The notes below the pieces were generated by a model, which saw only the letters and a list, made by a program, of their open reading frames with translations, was not told where the DNA came from and ran no database searches. From Candidatus Kerfeldbacteria bacterium RIFCSPLOWO2_02_FULL_42_19 (lineage in GTDB: Bacteria; Patescibacteriota; Patescibacteriia; HO2-48-17): a DNA stretch of 64,000 nt. A program made the translations under genes and the position numbers. Positions within the stretch are counted from its first letter, which is position 1; the number at the start of each line of letters is the position of its first letter. Below are positions 9,291-19,338 of the stretch, piece by piece. Location: contig MHKF01000018.1 of assembly GCA_001818315.1 (NCBI GenBank), forward strand, positions 325-64,324. The letters run 5' to 3'.

Positions 9291-10267
9291 CTGCGATTGT
9301 TCCTGCCTATAATGAAGCCGAACGCATCGGCGGAGTATTACGTGTACTTTCGGATCATTCTGTTTTTTCTGAGATAATCGTTGTTGATGATGGATCGTCT
9401 GATGTGACGCAATCGGTTGTTGCGCGTTATCCTGTACGGTATGTTCGGCACACAAGAAATTTTGGGAAAGCTCAGGCTATGGAAACGGGTGTGCGGTTTG
9501 CAACAAGTGAGGTTATATTTTTTTGCGATGCCGATATTTCCGGCCTGACGCACGCTATTATTGACGAAATTGTGAGGCCTGTATTGCATGGGCAGGTAGA
9601 AATGTTTATTGCGATGCGGAATCGCAAGGTGTATTTTTTGAAAACGTTGGTTGCTTTCGTCCCATTGTTAGGCGGGGAACGCGCGTTGACACGACGTTTA
9701 TGGCAGAGTGTTCCGGAGCACTATAAAAAGCGTTTTCGCATTGAGACCGCGCTGAATTTTTACGCGAAGTATTATGGCGCAGGCTTTAGGTATAAGTTAT
9801 TTCCAGGACTCTCGCAGAGTATTAAAGAACGGAAGTATGGAATTCGGATTGGACTTCAACAGCGAATGTTCCTTTTTTATGATGTTTTTGTTGCGATCAT
9901 GCGTCTGCAATTTACTGCATTGCCGAAAAATATGAAAACTATGCGCTTGATGTTTGGTTCTTTATTTTGGAGCTTTTTGGGAATTGCGGCAGGTATTATT
10001 ATTCTTCTTGTGACCAATTTTGGATCAGAGTTTTGGTTTGTGCGTTTCTTTTCAACGCAACTCCGAGCGATTGATTCTACTGTTGTGCAAAAGTTATTTT
10101 CTGTCGCGCGCCAACTTGGTCGTCAAACTTTGAGTGTTGTCGGTTGGATGATACTTGTGACGCACGGGATTGTATTTCTTGCGTCTTTGCAGCGTTTGCT
10201 TTTTTTACTGCGATCCGCTGGAATGCGTTTTATATCACTTTTTACCAAGGCAAAAATATTGCGCTAA
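9260..10267 (+). CDS. Family-2 glycosyltransferase with C-terminal TM segments (Dpm1-like)
   Basis: 'VTAIVPAYNEAERIGGVL', 'IIVVDDGSSD', 'FFCDADIS'. C-terminal hydrophobic helices. Confidence 0.7.
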   Translation: MVRKISSQKVTAIVPAYNEAERIGGVLRVLSDHSVFSEIIVVDDGSSDVTQSVVARYPVRYVRHTRNFGKAQAMETGVRFATSEVIFFCDADISGLTHAIIDEIVRPVLHGQVEMFIAMRNRKVYFLKTLVAFVPLLGGERALTRRLWQSVPEHYKKRFRIETALNFYAKYYGAGFRYKLFPGLSQSIKERKYGIRIGLQQRMFLFYDVFVAIMRLQFTALPKNMKTMRLMFGSLFWSFLGIAAGIIILLVTNFGSEFWFVRFFSTQLRAIDSTVVQKLFSVARQLGRQTLSVVGWMILVTHGIVFLASLQRLLFLLRSAGMRFISLFTKAKILR

Positions 10268-10289
10268 CTTCTTCGAAGCGGTTGTATCT

Positions 10290-10931
10290 ATGATATTTCG
10301 TGATCGAAAACATGCTGGTATAGAACTTGGAAGATTACTTTTGAAATATAAGGAATCAAAACCTGTAGTCGTTGGCTTACCTCGCGGCGGTGTTGTGGTT
10401 GCAGCAGAAGTTGCGCATGCTCTTGACGCGCCTTTGGAAATCGTTGTGCCACGCAAGATCGGATCGCCAGAGAATCCTGAATACGCCCTTGGAGCAGTGA
10501 CTGAGGATGGAGAGGTATTTTTGGATGATCAAAGAGTGACCTTGTCTTTCGTCAGCGAGCATTATATTCGCGAAGAAATCGAGAAGCAGATACACGAGGC
10601 TCAGCGTCGTGTGAAGCTGTATCGTTTGGGTCGTATCCCTATTTCTTTTCGTGATCGTTACGTGATGCTTGTGGATGATGGGATTGCTACCGGCTCGACG
10701 ATGCTTGTTGCTATTCAATATGTTCGTCAGCAAGAGCCGCAAAAAATTATTGTAGCTGTTCCTGTGATTGCTTTTGATTCGCTTCAAAAGATGAAGCAAG
10801 TTGCTGATGCAGTTGTTGCGGTGTATACGCCTTCTCTTTTTTCTGCTGTCGGAGAATTTTATGAAGACTTTCCACAAACTTCGGATGCGGAAGTCGTGAG
10901 TATTTTGCGAAAATTTTCAACTTCACTCTAA
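10290..10931 (+). CDS. Phosphoribosyltransferase-domain protein
   Basis: 'VVVGLPRGGVVVAAEVAHAL' and PRPP-binding 'VMLVDDGIATGSTM'. The track ORF starts earlier; ATG at 10290 preferred. Confidence 0.6.
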   Translation: MIFRDRKHAGIELGRLLLKYKESKPVVVGLPRGGVVVAAEVAHALDAPLEIVVPRKIGSPENPEYALGAVTEDGEVFLDDQRVTLSFVSEHYIREEIEKQIHEAQRRVKLYRLGRIPISFRDRYVMLVDDGIATGSTMLVAIQYVRQQEPQKIIVAVPVIAFDSLQKMKQVADAVVAVYTPSLFSAVGEFYEDFPQTSDAEVVSILRKFSTSL

Positions 10932-10936
10932 TCTTT

Positions 10937-12661
10937 TTATTGTTTCTTTTTTAATTCCAGCAGCAACTCCGTGAGCGAAAGGCAGTTGATGATATTTTTT
11001 TGCGTTGCCCACCCTCTGCGCGCCTGTGCAATGCCGTATGCAAGATTCGTAAAATGCGTTGGAGAATGTGCATCAGAATCAATACTGAACATTATGTTAG
11101 CCTCCATAGCCTTTCGGATATATTCATCTTTGAGATCGAGTCGTTCTGGTGACGCATTGATTTCGAGGATCACATGGTACTTTTTCGCCGCATTGATAAT
11201 AGCTTCCATGTCGACTTCATAGGCTTCGCGCCGGTGCAGAAGACGACCTGTTGGATGGAAGAGAATATGAACAGAGGGATGAGTCATTGCTTGAATGATG
11301 CGTTTGGTTTGGGTGCTTTTCGGCAGATGAAAATGGGAGTGTACAGAAATACCTACAACATCAAGTTGTCGTAAGATGGCATCTGGTAAATCGAGTGAAC
11401 CGTCTTTGAGAATGTCACATTCAGTTCCTTTGAGGACCGTGGTCGCACCTTTGAGGCGTTTGTTGACTCGGTCAATTTCCTTCCATTGTTTCTGGATGCG
11501 CTTTTCGTCGAGTCCGCGTGTCATCGTGAGTCGTTTGGTGTGATCCGTAATTGCGATGTATTCTAAGCCTTGTTTTACAGCAGCTTTCGCCATCGCTTCG
11601 ATTGACGCCGTTCCATCAGTCCAATCAGTTTGGACCTGAAGATCTCCACGGAGTGCGTTATAGGGTACGAGCTTTGGTAATTTGTTTTGGAGTGCAAGTT
11701 CGATTTCGCCCCAGTTTTCGCGCATTTCGGGTTCGATGTATTGCATGCCGAGTGCTGTATAGAGTTCTTCTTCAGTTCGACCAGCGATATATTTTTTGCC
11801 GCGAAACAGTCCGTATTCGTTGAGTTTGAGTTCTTTTTTCATAGCCTTCTCACGGAGTGCTATGTTATGTGCTTTTGATCCTGTGAAATAGTTGAGAGCA
11901 GCACCATACGATTTTTCTGGTATGACTCGAAGGTCAACATCGAGTCCATTTTTGAGTTTGATCATGGACTTTGTTTCGCCATGCGCATAGACATGTATGA
12001 CTTCGGGCATATGTACAAAAGAGTCCATGATTGTTTTTGGTTTTTTTGCTACAGCAATAATATCAACATCGCCGATGGTTTCTTTTTTGCGTCGTACAGA
12101 TCCCGCGATAGTCAGTCGTTGCACGTGCGCAAGGTTTTTCAGTCGTTGTTCGATACTAGAAATCGTAGCCATCGCATAGCCAAGAAGAAATCGCCCATGT
12201 GATTTTTTTACAAATTCAATGCCTTGTTTGAGGTTTTTCTCACTTTGTTCACCGAAGCCCGGAAGTCTGCTGATTTTTTTTGCTGCGATGGCTTTTTCGA
12301 GATCACGCAGGTTCTTAACGCCAAGTTTTTCGTAGAGTATTTTGATATGTTGTGGACCAAGGCCCTCGATCGTCGCGAGTTCATGAATATTCACTGGCAT
12401 CTTTTTTTGCAACTCTTCGTAATAGATCAGTTGACCGGTTTTGAGGAGTTCTTCTATTTTTTCCGCAAGTCCTTTGCCGATGCCGGGGATTGATTCGAGT
12501 GCCGCGCGTTTGCCTTGTGTGTATATGTCTTGAAGTTCTTCCTGTAAATCGTCGATTGTTTGAGCGGCTTTTTCATATGCCCGTGGCTTAAAAGGAATTT
12601 TTTCTATTTCCAAATAGAGCGCTATGTCGTTGAAAATTTTTGCGATATCGCTATTGTGCAT
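10937..12661 (-). CDS. polX: DNA polymerase X family protein with C-terminal PHP domain
   Basis: HhH motifs. Pol-beta nucleotidyltransferase 'GSVRRKKETIGDVDII'. PHP-type 'ITDHT...H..H' C-terminus. Confidence 0.85.
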   Translation of the reverse strand: MHNSDIAKIFNDIALYLEIEKIPFKPRAYEKAAQTIDDLQEELQDIYTQGKRAALESIPGIGKGLAEKIEELLKTGQLIYYEELQKKMPVNIHELATIEGLGPQHIKILYEKLGVKNLRDLEKAIAAKKISRLPGFGEQSEKNLKQGIEFVKKSHGRFLLGYAMATISSIEQRLKNLAHVQRLTIAGSVRRKKETIGDVDIIAVAKKPKTIMDSFVHMPEVIHVYAHGETKSMIKLKNGLDVDLRVIPEKSYGAALNYFTGSKAHNIALREKAMKKELKLNEYGLFRGKKYIAGRTEEELYTALGMQYIEPEMRENWGEIELALQNKLPKLVPYNALRGDLQVQTDWTDGTASIEAMAKAAVKQGLEYIAITDHTKRLTMTRGLDEKRIQKQWKEIDRVNKRLKGATTVLKGTECDILKDGSLDLPDAILRQLDVVGISVHSHFHLPKSTQTKRIIQAMTHPSVHILFHPTGRLLHRREAYEVDMEAIINAAKKYHVILEINASPERLDLKDEYIRKAMEANIMFSIDSDAHSPTHFTNLAYGIAQARRGWATQKNIINCLSLTELLLELKKKQ

Positions 12662-13065
12662 ATTTTACACTGAGGAATAGTGAAACTTGCAGCGCAATCA
12701 ACTTTTGTCTCGAAATCGGAATGAGGAATTTCAAGTTGAGGCGGTACGTATTCAATTGTATCGAAATCATTTCATTTTTTCAATTTCGATGGATTCTACA
12801 AGCTCAATACTGGTGATGACTTCATTGTTTCAGCTTATGTTTGCTGTGTTGAAAGTTTTCCACAGTGCGAACATTTGTCAATTTTTTCTCTTCAACTTTT
12901 TCACATTTTTCTCTTATTTCTTTTATTTTAGCCTATAATTTTTTCGTAGTTTATTCATTGACGAGCTACAATAATTTGATAGGATGACGATCACCAGTCG
13001 GTTATGTTACTAGAGGCGGACATTGATATTTATATTGAGATTGTCTGATTTTACTTTGTGAGATC

Positions 13066-13100
13066 TTTGACAAAAAGAGGTTGAGTATAAAAATTTTATT
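13066..13100 (+). promoter_or_regulatory. Sigma70-like promoter for the HAD/kinase pair
   Basis: TTGACA, 16-17 bp spacer, then TATAAAAAT. RBS AAAGGGGAG precedes ATG 13135. Confidence 0.35.
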
Positions 13101-13134
13101 TTCGTTCATTTTGTAGTAAAAAAAGGGGAGATAA

Positions 13135-13827
13135 ATGAAAATTCTTGGTAAGATGCAAAATGCACGGGCATTGGTCATTGATATTGATAATACTGTTTAC
13201 GACAATCCTGCATACTTTCAGGATGGGAATCGGAGGGAACTCGAAGCAGCGGCTTTTTGTCTAGGACATACACCAGAAAGGTTGGAACAATTGATTCAAA
13301 GTTATAGGTCCAACCAAGAACAGCTTACTGGTAGGAAACCGACAGTTACAGAAACAATGTATCACTACAGGCTTTCACCTGATCAGTGGAGCCGGTTACG
13401 TTGCGAGGTGTGGCGGCCGGAAATTTTTCTTCAGCCAAATCCAGCTTTAGCGGATGTGATATGCAAAGTTTCAACAAGTTGGCGTGCTGTTGCTTTTGCC
13501 ACGAATTCACCAAAGCAGATTGGTGTGAGAGTTCTGACATGTGTAGGTTTGGGAGACTTGCTTTCCAGCCGTAAGATACAGGTCTTTGGACCTGAGGATG
13601 TCGGAGCATCAAAGCATCAGCCGGAATTTTTCCGTGCTGTCGCGCAGGAGCTTTCTTGTCTGCCGGCAGAGTGTGTTTCCATCGGTGACAGGGAGGACAC
13701 TGAGGGGCGGGTGGCGTTTCAGGCAGGTTACGGTGTTGCGTATATTGTCGTAAATGTGGGTGAAACGATTACATTGTTACGTGCTTTATGTGACAATCAT
13801 GGAGGTATATATGGACGTGAAAATTGA
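13135..13827 (+). CDS. HAD-superfamily hydrolase
   Basis: Motif I 'ALVIDIDNTVYD' (DxDxT). Confidence 0.6.
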   Translation: MKILGKMQNARALVIDIDNTVYDNPAYFQDGNRRELEAAAFCLGHTPERLEQLIQSYRSNQEQLTGRKPTVTETMYHYRLSPDQWSRLRCEVWRPEIFLQPNPALADVICKVSTSWRAVAFATNSPKQIGVRVLTCVGLGDLLSSRKIQVFGPEDVGASKHQPEFFRAVAQELSCLPAECVSIGDREDTEGRVAFQAGYGVAYIVVNVGETITLLRALCDNHGGIYGREN

Positions 13828-14524
13828 GCATGAGATACAAACACTGTGGCGGGAGGGTGACATCCTCATTTACGGTTTGACAGGTCAAGCCGGAGCAGGT
13901 AAGACATCGAGCGCTGAAGAGGTCGTGTCTCATCTTCGTGAGCAGAACATTCCCGCTGCTTCACTTGGTTTGGACGCCTATTTCATTCTTTCAAGTGCTG
14001 AGAGAAAGGCGTGGCTTGCCGAAGGTGAGCGGGTCAGTCCTGCGGAAGGGAAGAGACGAAGGAATCAGTTGCTTTGGTGGGATTTTCAAGCACTTCAATG
14101 TGATCTTTTGCATTTCAAGCAGGGTGAACCGATTCAACTTCGTGGTGTCTATAACCGTGAAGACAAGGGTGAAAAGACCCGGAATATAGACATCGTTCCA
14201 GATGAACGTCGTGGTTTCGTTTTGGTGCTTGAGGGTGTGGCCCTGGCTCATGTCGAGGTGCTTGATGGACTAGCGTATGTCCATGCTCCCGCAGATGTGC
14301 GCTACCTTCGCATTCAAATGCGAGATAGCGCACGACGGCCGATTCCTGCAGAAGCGTGGAACAGATTCCGCCTGACACAGGAATTTGAAATTCCGTATTT
14401 TCGCGCTCACTGGGAGAAGATCCGGTGTTTCTTTGACAACTCGAATGGGGTTGGGCCATTGAAAGTGTCGATACTTTCGCCCGAAGAAGCGCTGAATGAT
14501 CTTGAACGGCCGCCGCTCCTTTAA
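13799..14524 (+). CDS. P-loop nucleoside/nucleotide kinase (uridine kinase/PRK-like)
   Basis: Walker A 'GLTGQAGAGKTS' and 'LGLDAYF'. Overlaps the HAD gene end, suggesting translational coupling. Confidence 0.5.
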   Translation: MEVYMDVKIEHEIQTLWREGDILIYGLTGQAGAGKTSSAEEVVSHLREQNIPAASLGLDAYFILSSAERKAWLAEGERVSPAEGKRRRNQLLWWDFQALQCDLLHFKQGEPIQLRGVYNREDKGEKTRNIDIVPDERRGFVLVLEGVALAHVEVLDGLAYVHAPADVRYLRIQMRDSARRPIPAEAWNRFRLTQEFEIPYFRAHWEKIRCFFDNSNGVGPLKVSILSPEEALNDLERPPLL

Positions 14525-14638
14525 CAGGAGCGTCGGTATTCATCTTTTTTCGAACATTTTTCGGTGAAAAGGGGTTTGTTCTACATCATTGAATATCAAA
14601 CGACCCCTTTTTTCGTTTGGAGCTGTTATAGATCGTGC

Positions 14639-15301
14639 TTATTGTACTCCAAATTTTTTTTGCAGTATTTGAGGCACTTCCAGTAGATGATGGATTTGTA
14701 TATCCGCTTTTTGCAAGTATCCCTCTGGAGTATATTCATGCGCTAGCCCAATACAGATCATTTGAGCGTTTTTCGCGGCTTCTATTCCATCTTTGGAATC
14801 CTCAATGATAATACATTCATCTGGCCGCAATCCTAATCGCTTGGATGCTAGGAGATATATTTCCGGATGAGGTTTTTTGTGATGAATATCCTGAAGTGAG
14901 AGGAAAATCTCAAAAAATTTTCGAATACGCAACCACACAATGACCGTATCGATCATTCGTTTTTCGTTTTGCGAACAAAGCGCCAATCGCATATTATGTT
15001 CTACTAACCAGGAGAGAAGTTTGTGCACTCCATCCACTTTACTGACGAATTTTTCTATTTGAGTGTTAAATAATTCGCGTTTCAGTTCCGTGAGTTTTTC
15101 TGGTTGCACGATCTTATGTTGTTCCGGTGTTAAAACATCAAGAAAAAAATCCTTCGATTTTCGGCCGAATTTATATTTAAAGTCTGAATCTTTCAGTATG
15201 ATCTTATAGTGTTCTTTGAGATAATTTTGATAGAAACGAAATGTTTCCAGCTCGGTTTTTATGAGTACACCGTCGAGGTCTAAAAGAATGCCTTGAATCA
15301 T
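14639..15301 (-). CDS. HAD-IA hydrolase (beta-phosphoglucomutase-like phosphatase)
   Basis: 'ILLDLDGVL', '...IIIEDSKDGIEAAKNA'. Confidence 0.8.
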   Translation of the reverse strand: MIQGILLDLDGVLIKTELETFRFYQNYLKEHYKIILKDSDFKYKFGRKSKDFFLDVLTPEQHKIVQPEKLTELKRELFNTQIEKFVSKVDGVHKLLSWLVEHNMRLALCSQNEKRMIDTVIVWLRIRKFFEIFLSLQDIHHKKPHPEIYLLASKRLGLRPDECIIIEDSKDGIEAAKNAQMICIGLAHEYTPEGYLQKADIQIHHLLEVPQILQKKFGVQ

Positions 15302-15426
15302 ATATGTTTATTCAAAGTGATTTTCATAGTGAGATTCTATAGTATAATGACAATATGATGCAAGCAATTATTTTTGATCTTGATGGGTTATGACCAACGC
15401 TGTTTTTGTAAAAATTCTGCAGTTTT

Positions 15427-15696
15427 ATGCGTAAGCGCGTGAAGATTCGAGTTTTTGGTCGTGTGCAGGGTGTATTTTTTCGCACAAACGCCAAGACGTT
15501 GGCGCAGGAGCTTGCCCTTTCGGGATGGGTGCGCAATAAACCTGATGGGAGTGTTGGGATCGAAGTAGAAGGCGATGTGACTGCGCTTTCACAATTTTTT
15601 GATTGGTGCAAACAAGGGACGCGATACGCAAAAGTCGAGCGAATAGAATCGCAGGAAATTCCTTGCGAATATTCGAAGGATTTTTGTATTCTTTAA
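15427..15696 (+). CDS. acyP: Acylphosphatase
   Basis: 'VFGRVQGVFFR' and 'GWVRNKPDGSVGIEVEG' signatures. 89 aa. Confidence 0.85.
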   Translation: MRKRVKIRVFGRVQGVFFRTNAKTLAQELALSGWVRNKPDGSVGIEVEGDVTALSQFFDWCKQGTRYAKVERIESQEIPCEYSKDFCIL

Positions 15697-15844
15697 GTTG
15701 ATAGTTTCCTGCGTTTTGTCGTAGGGTTACTACCGCCGAGAAGTGGGGATTGATTGCCGGTTTTGAGACACCTTGGAAAAGGGAAGCCCCTTCTAGGTTT
15801 CCCTTTTCCAAGTTCAAAAAAAATTCTTTTTGCTGCAATGACTT

Positions 15845-16618
15845 ATGAGTGATGGAAGATTCTCAAAGTTTATGACGCACACTCGATTTCTTGAAATCGA
15901 TTTTTTTCGTGGGCTTGCAGTGATCGGGATGCTGATCTATCACTTCTTTTTTATTCTCAATTTTTTTGAACTTACGCAATTCGAACTGCAAGAAGGCAGC
16001 TGGCTTGCATTGGCCCGTTTTGTTCAACTTATCTTTCTTTTAAGTGTTGGAGTCTCCATGGCTCTTGTTGTTCAAAAATATTCTGCACTTGAGCTGCCGA
16101 AGAGTTTTATCTACAAAAAATTATTTCGTCACGCGTTTGTGATTTTCATTTGCGCTTTGATTGTGTCAGGAGTTACGTGGATCGCTGCGCCGACTGAATT
16201 TGTGCGTTTTGGGATTTTGCATTTTATTGCCGTCAGTATTGTACTTCTATCGAGCATGGCTTTTTATCCACGTTTTGCTTTTTTGTTTGGGATACTTGTG
16301 ATCCTTCTCACACCTTTTGCGCAATTTCTTTCAGACAATCCATTTTTATATCCGTTTGGGAACACTTCTTTTCCGGCACTTGATTATTTTCCACTTTTTC
16401 CATGGATGAACCTTGTAGCATTTGGTATCGCATTGGGGCATTATGCATTTCAACGTTATGAACGTCGTTTTCTCTATTTTCTTCCAGAATCACGGGTTAT
16501 TCACTCTGTCGCTTGGCTTGGTCGCAGGAGTCTCGCGTTTTACATGCTTCACATTCCATTTCTTTTTGGCATTATTTGGTGGACGAAATATATTCTGCTT
16601 AAGACTTACGCTTTCTAG
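15845..16618 (+). CDS. Polytopic membrane protein (DUF1624/acyltransferase-like, tentative)
   Basis: 'RFLEIDFFRGLAVIGMLIYH', multiple TM helices. Confidence 0.35.
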   Translation: MSDGRFSKFMTHTRFLEIDFFRGLAVIGMLIYHFFFILNFFELTQFELQEGSWLALARFVQLIFLLSVGVSMALVVQKYSALELPKSFIYKKLFRHAFVIFICALIVSGVTWIAAPTEFVRFGILHFIAVSIVLLSSMAFYPRFAFLFGILVILLTPFAQFLSDNPFLYPFGNTSFPALDYFPLFPWMNLVAFGIALGHYAFQRYERRFLYFLPESRVIHSVAWLGRRSLAFYMLHIPFLFGIIWWTKYILLKTYAF

Positions 16619-16629
16619 GCAGTCTTATA

Positions 16630-16800
16630 GGGATTGTCACCAAATGCTATTTCTTGTGCAATGCGCATAGAAAAAGAGCTAGAAGACTCTCGCTTTCGAA
16701 GCACTGACAGTGCACAGTGTGCTGAGAAAGGAGAGTCTTCTGCCTCTTTTTCTAGGTCAAATTTTATTTTTACAGGTGCAAACGTATTCGGCTACAATCC
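16630..16800. repeat. MITE-like palindromic element, copy 2
   Basis: Arms GGGATTGTCACCAAATGC / aaacGTATTCGGCTACAATCC. Core ...acagtgcacagtgtgctgagaaaggagag.... Confidence 0.6.
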
Positions 16801-16801
16801 T

Positions 16802-17353
16802 TTATAAACGTTTTGGTCGAGATAAAGGATGATGTTCTGGCGCAAATTTTTGTCGCAATTTTTTTGAAACGAAAAAATGATAGCATAGGATTCCGAGGAG
16901 TACTCCAATAACGAAGAGTGTGACTAAAGAGATTATGGCCCGTTGTTTAGCGTCTTGATCTGCATGGACGATGAGGGGAATTTTTATGCCAGAGTTTGGT
17001 TCAAAATTTTCTGGATTTTTTGCTTGCGCTTTGATGGAAAGATGTGTACTCAAAGCACTGGCTCTTTTTGGCGTTACGGTAATGATTACTTTTTGATTTT
17101 TTTGTGGAAGCAGTTCTAGAGTACTTGGTGCGATGGAAATTCGATCTTGAAATTCATCCGCTTGGATAGTTATTAGTGCTGTTTGGTCCGAAGTATTAAA
17201 GACAGTGATCATACTTTCGGTAGGTTGATCTTGGGTTGCGGTGATTTCTATGTGAGACGGCGTAACTCCAACGCCAATAGCTTGGGCGATGTTTGGATGT
17301 ATTAAAAAATCACTGAATACGAGTACAAAAAATAGTTTAGTAAATATTTTCAT
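16802..17353 (-). CDS. Secreted protein with C-terminal TM anchor
   Basis: Signal peptide, beta-rich domain, C-terminal 'AIISLVTLFVIGVLLGILCYHFF' followed by basic residues. Confidence 0.45.
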   Translation of the reverse strand: MKIFTKLFFVLVFSDFLIHPNIAQAIGVGVTPSHIEITATQDQPTESMITVFNTSDQTALITIQADEFQDRISIAPSTLELLPQKNQKVIITVTPKRASALSTHLSIKAQAKNPENFEPNSGIKIPLIVHADQDAKQRAIISLVTLFVIGVLLGILCYHFFVSKKLRQKFAPEHHPLSRPKRL

Positions 17354-17356
17354 TGT

Positions 17357-19264
17357 TTATTGTGCTACTTGGGTTGCCCAAAATGTAAGATTACCTGTGT
17401 GCGCTCCTGCTTCCTGAAAGTTTTCCGGTACATTTAAGCCGATGCGAATTTCTTGCTGATTTTGCTTTCCAAGTCGCATTTCAAATGCCGACCAGAGTAA
17501 GTCGTTCAGTTTTAGAAACTGTTTCATAAGATTTGATCCCTCGACCTCAGGATTTACATCGATGTTGACATTTCCGGTGTTATTGATAGTCATCTGCTGT
17601 AGGGGCGCTGATGATCCCGGGGTAAGTTCACCAAAATTGATCGGGCCGCCCGTGACGGTGATGGAAATTTCTGGTTCAGGTTCTGGCTCTTGATTCTCAT
17701 CTTCGTTGTCATCATTATCGTTATTTTCATTTCCATCTTCTTCATTATCTTCAGGATTGGGAATCACAACACTTGCTGCGAGCGTAATACTTTCTGAAGG
17801 CGTTCCGACCGCAAGTGTTTCCATTCGAGAACGTACCATGCTTTGTTTTTCTGCAAAGATTTTAACGCTTCCAGATTCGGTGGGTGTATATGCTACAGCG
17901 CCATCTGCGTGCGTTGTCAATGTGTCGGTATCTGCGTGAATCGTGACCCCTGGTTCGAACTGCCAAGCGCTGCCATTAAAAATTTCACTCCTTATTGTGA
18001 TAGGTTGTTTCGGTATCGTTTTATTTGGTTCGATCAAAACTCGGAGCGGTTTCCATGTTGATTCGCCGAAATACCAAAGTACTTCATCACTTTCTTTGAG
18101 TTGATGGGCAGGCGCCGGAACTGTTCCGGGAATCCACTTCACAAGATAGAGCCAACCGGTGAGGTCGTGCGCCGCATCGTCATTGATACGCCGCAAGTAG
18201 GTTCCATTGAAATCAAGTTCGTAGGTATATCCGCAGGAAGCTGCAGCGCTTGTGATAATCTCCATTGGTGTGCGGGCTTGGATGTGGCCGGTGCAAATAT
18301 TTTTGGTTGCCCCTTCAATACGAAAGGGGATGTCGATATTTGGCAGCTCTATTACGCGTGTTGGTAACTTTTTTTGTCCGAGTGCGAGCGTTGCGAACGC
18401 GGTGTTTGCTTTGATGCCTTGCGGAATAGTGCTGACTTTCCACCAAAAATCACCTTCGCGTGTTTGCATGCTTTGGATAAAATCCAAAGGTGTTCCGAGT
18501 TGCGCGCGCCAAGTCTCGATCGATTCTTCGAGTGTCACAAGTGCAAGGACGACCCACGAGGTACTATCGGTGTTTGGTTCAGTGTCTTGGAATCCTACGA
18601 AACCGCCGGTTCGGTGTTGCTTTGTCCGGAGGAAATTTTTTGCTGTCTGAAGACTTGCGTGATTTTTTGGGATGTTACTCGCCCGCAAAGCGATGATTGC
18701 AGCAGCGGTATTATCAACGTCGCTCTCACCTCCATCAATGAGTGGAAAGCCGCCGTCCTGATTTTGATGCTGCAGAAGTGTGTTTGTGATATTTTGCATG
18801 ATTGCATCGGTTGGTTCGATACCCGCTGCTCTCAGGGCTATCATACCCCAGACATCATCGTTCAAGAGTCGCTGATCGCCGATGTGAGCATGATGATAAT
18901 AGTTGTTGAGAAATTCTTGGATGAGATTACGATCAGGTAATTTGTTGCGCGGATCGAAACCGAAAGCGGTGAGGGTCAGGATTTTTCGTGCGTAATCTGT
19001 TGCTTGGGTTTGAGGGAAGTTCTGGAGGCCGATACGTGTGACCTCTTCATTGATACGTTGCGTTGCGTCCAATCCGGCGATAGTGAATAGCGTCCAATCT
19101 ACAGTTGATGCGCCCGCAGTTTCTATCCATTGCGGACGTTTGGTTTGATCAATAAGAAAATTCAGTGCCTGCTGTTTACTTTCTTCTAGAGATTCAGCAT
19201 GCACCTCGTGCGTGTTAAGCAATGTCAATCCGAGTATGGAAATGAAAATGAGTATTTTTTTCAT
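17357..19264 (-). CDS. Secreted protein with prenyltransferase/squalene-oxidase-like (alpha/alpha-toroid) repeats and acidic low-complexity linker
   Basis: 'QDGGFPLIDGGESDVDNTAAAIIAL', 'RTGGFVGFQD...TSWVVLAL' repeats. 'EDNEEDGNENNDNDDNEDENQEPEPEPE'. Likely true start MKKILIFISILG (signal peptide) at 19264; the track ORF extends to 19405. Confidence 0.55.
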   Translation of the reverse strand: MKKILIFISILGLTLLNTHEVHAESLEESKQQALNFLIDQTKRPQWIETAGASTVDWTLFTIAGLDATQRINEEVTRIGLQNFPQTQATDYARKILTLTAFGFDPRNKLPDRNLIQEFLNNYYHHAHIGDQRLLNDDVWGMIALRAAGIEPTDAIMQNITNTLLQHQNQDGGFPLIDGGESDVDNTAAAIIALRASNIPKNHASLQTAKNFLRTKQHRTGGFVGFQDTEPNTDSTSWVVLALVTLEESIETWRAQLGTPLDFIQSMQTREGDFWWKVSTIPQGIKANTAFATLALGQKKLPTRVIELPNIDIPFRIEGATKNICTGHIQARTPMEIITSAAASCGYTYELDFNGTYLRRINDDAAHDLTGWLYLVKWIPGTVPAPAHQLKESDEVLWYFGESTWKPLRVLIEPNKTIPKQPITIRSEIFNGSAWQFEPGVTIHADTDTLTTHADGAVAYTPTESGSVKIFAEKQSMVRSRMETLAVGTPSESITLAASVVIPNPEDNEEDGNENNDNDDNEDENQEPEPEPEISITVTGGPINFGELTPGSSAPLQQMTINNTGNVNIDVNPEVEGSNLMKQFLKLNDLLWSAFEMRLGKQNQQEIRIGLNVPENFQEAGAHTGNLTFWATQVAQ

Positions 19265-19338
19265 AGGAAATTTTGAGAAGTTTTCTGAAGAGCGTCGCTT
19301 TTTTTGCAACGCTCTCCTTAAAAATCCCGTTTGTGCTT

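Noticed and set aside
15715-15835. Strong 12-bp hairpin (ttggaaaaggga...tcccttttccaa) as terminator of acyP
   Set aside because: The stem is followed by an A-run on the + strand and preceded by T on the - strand. That is not a canonical intrinsic terminator for either flanking gene, so it is noted only as a structure.
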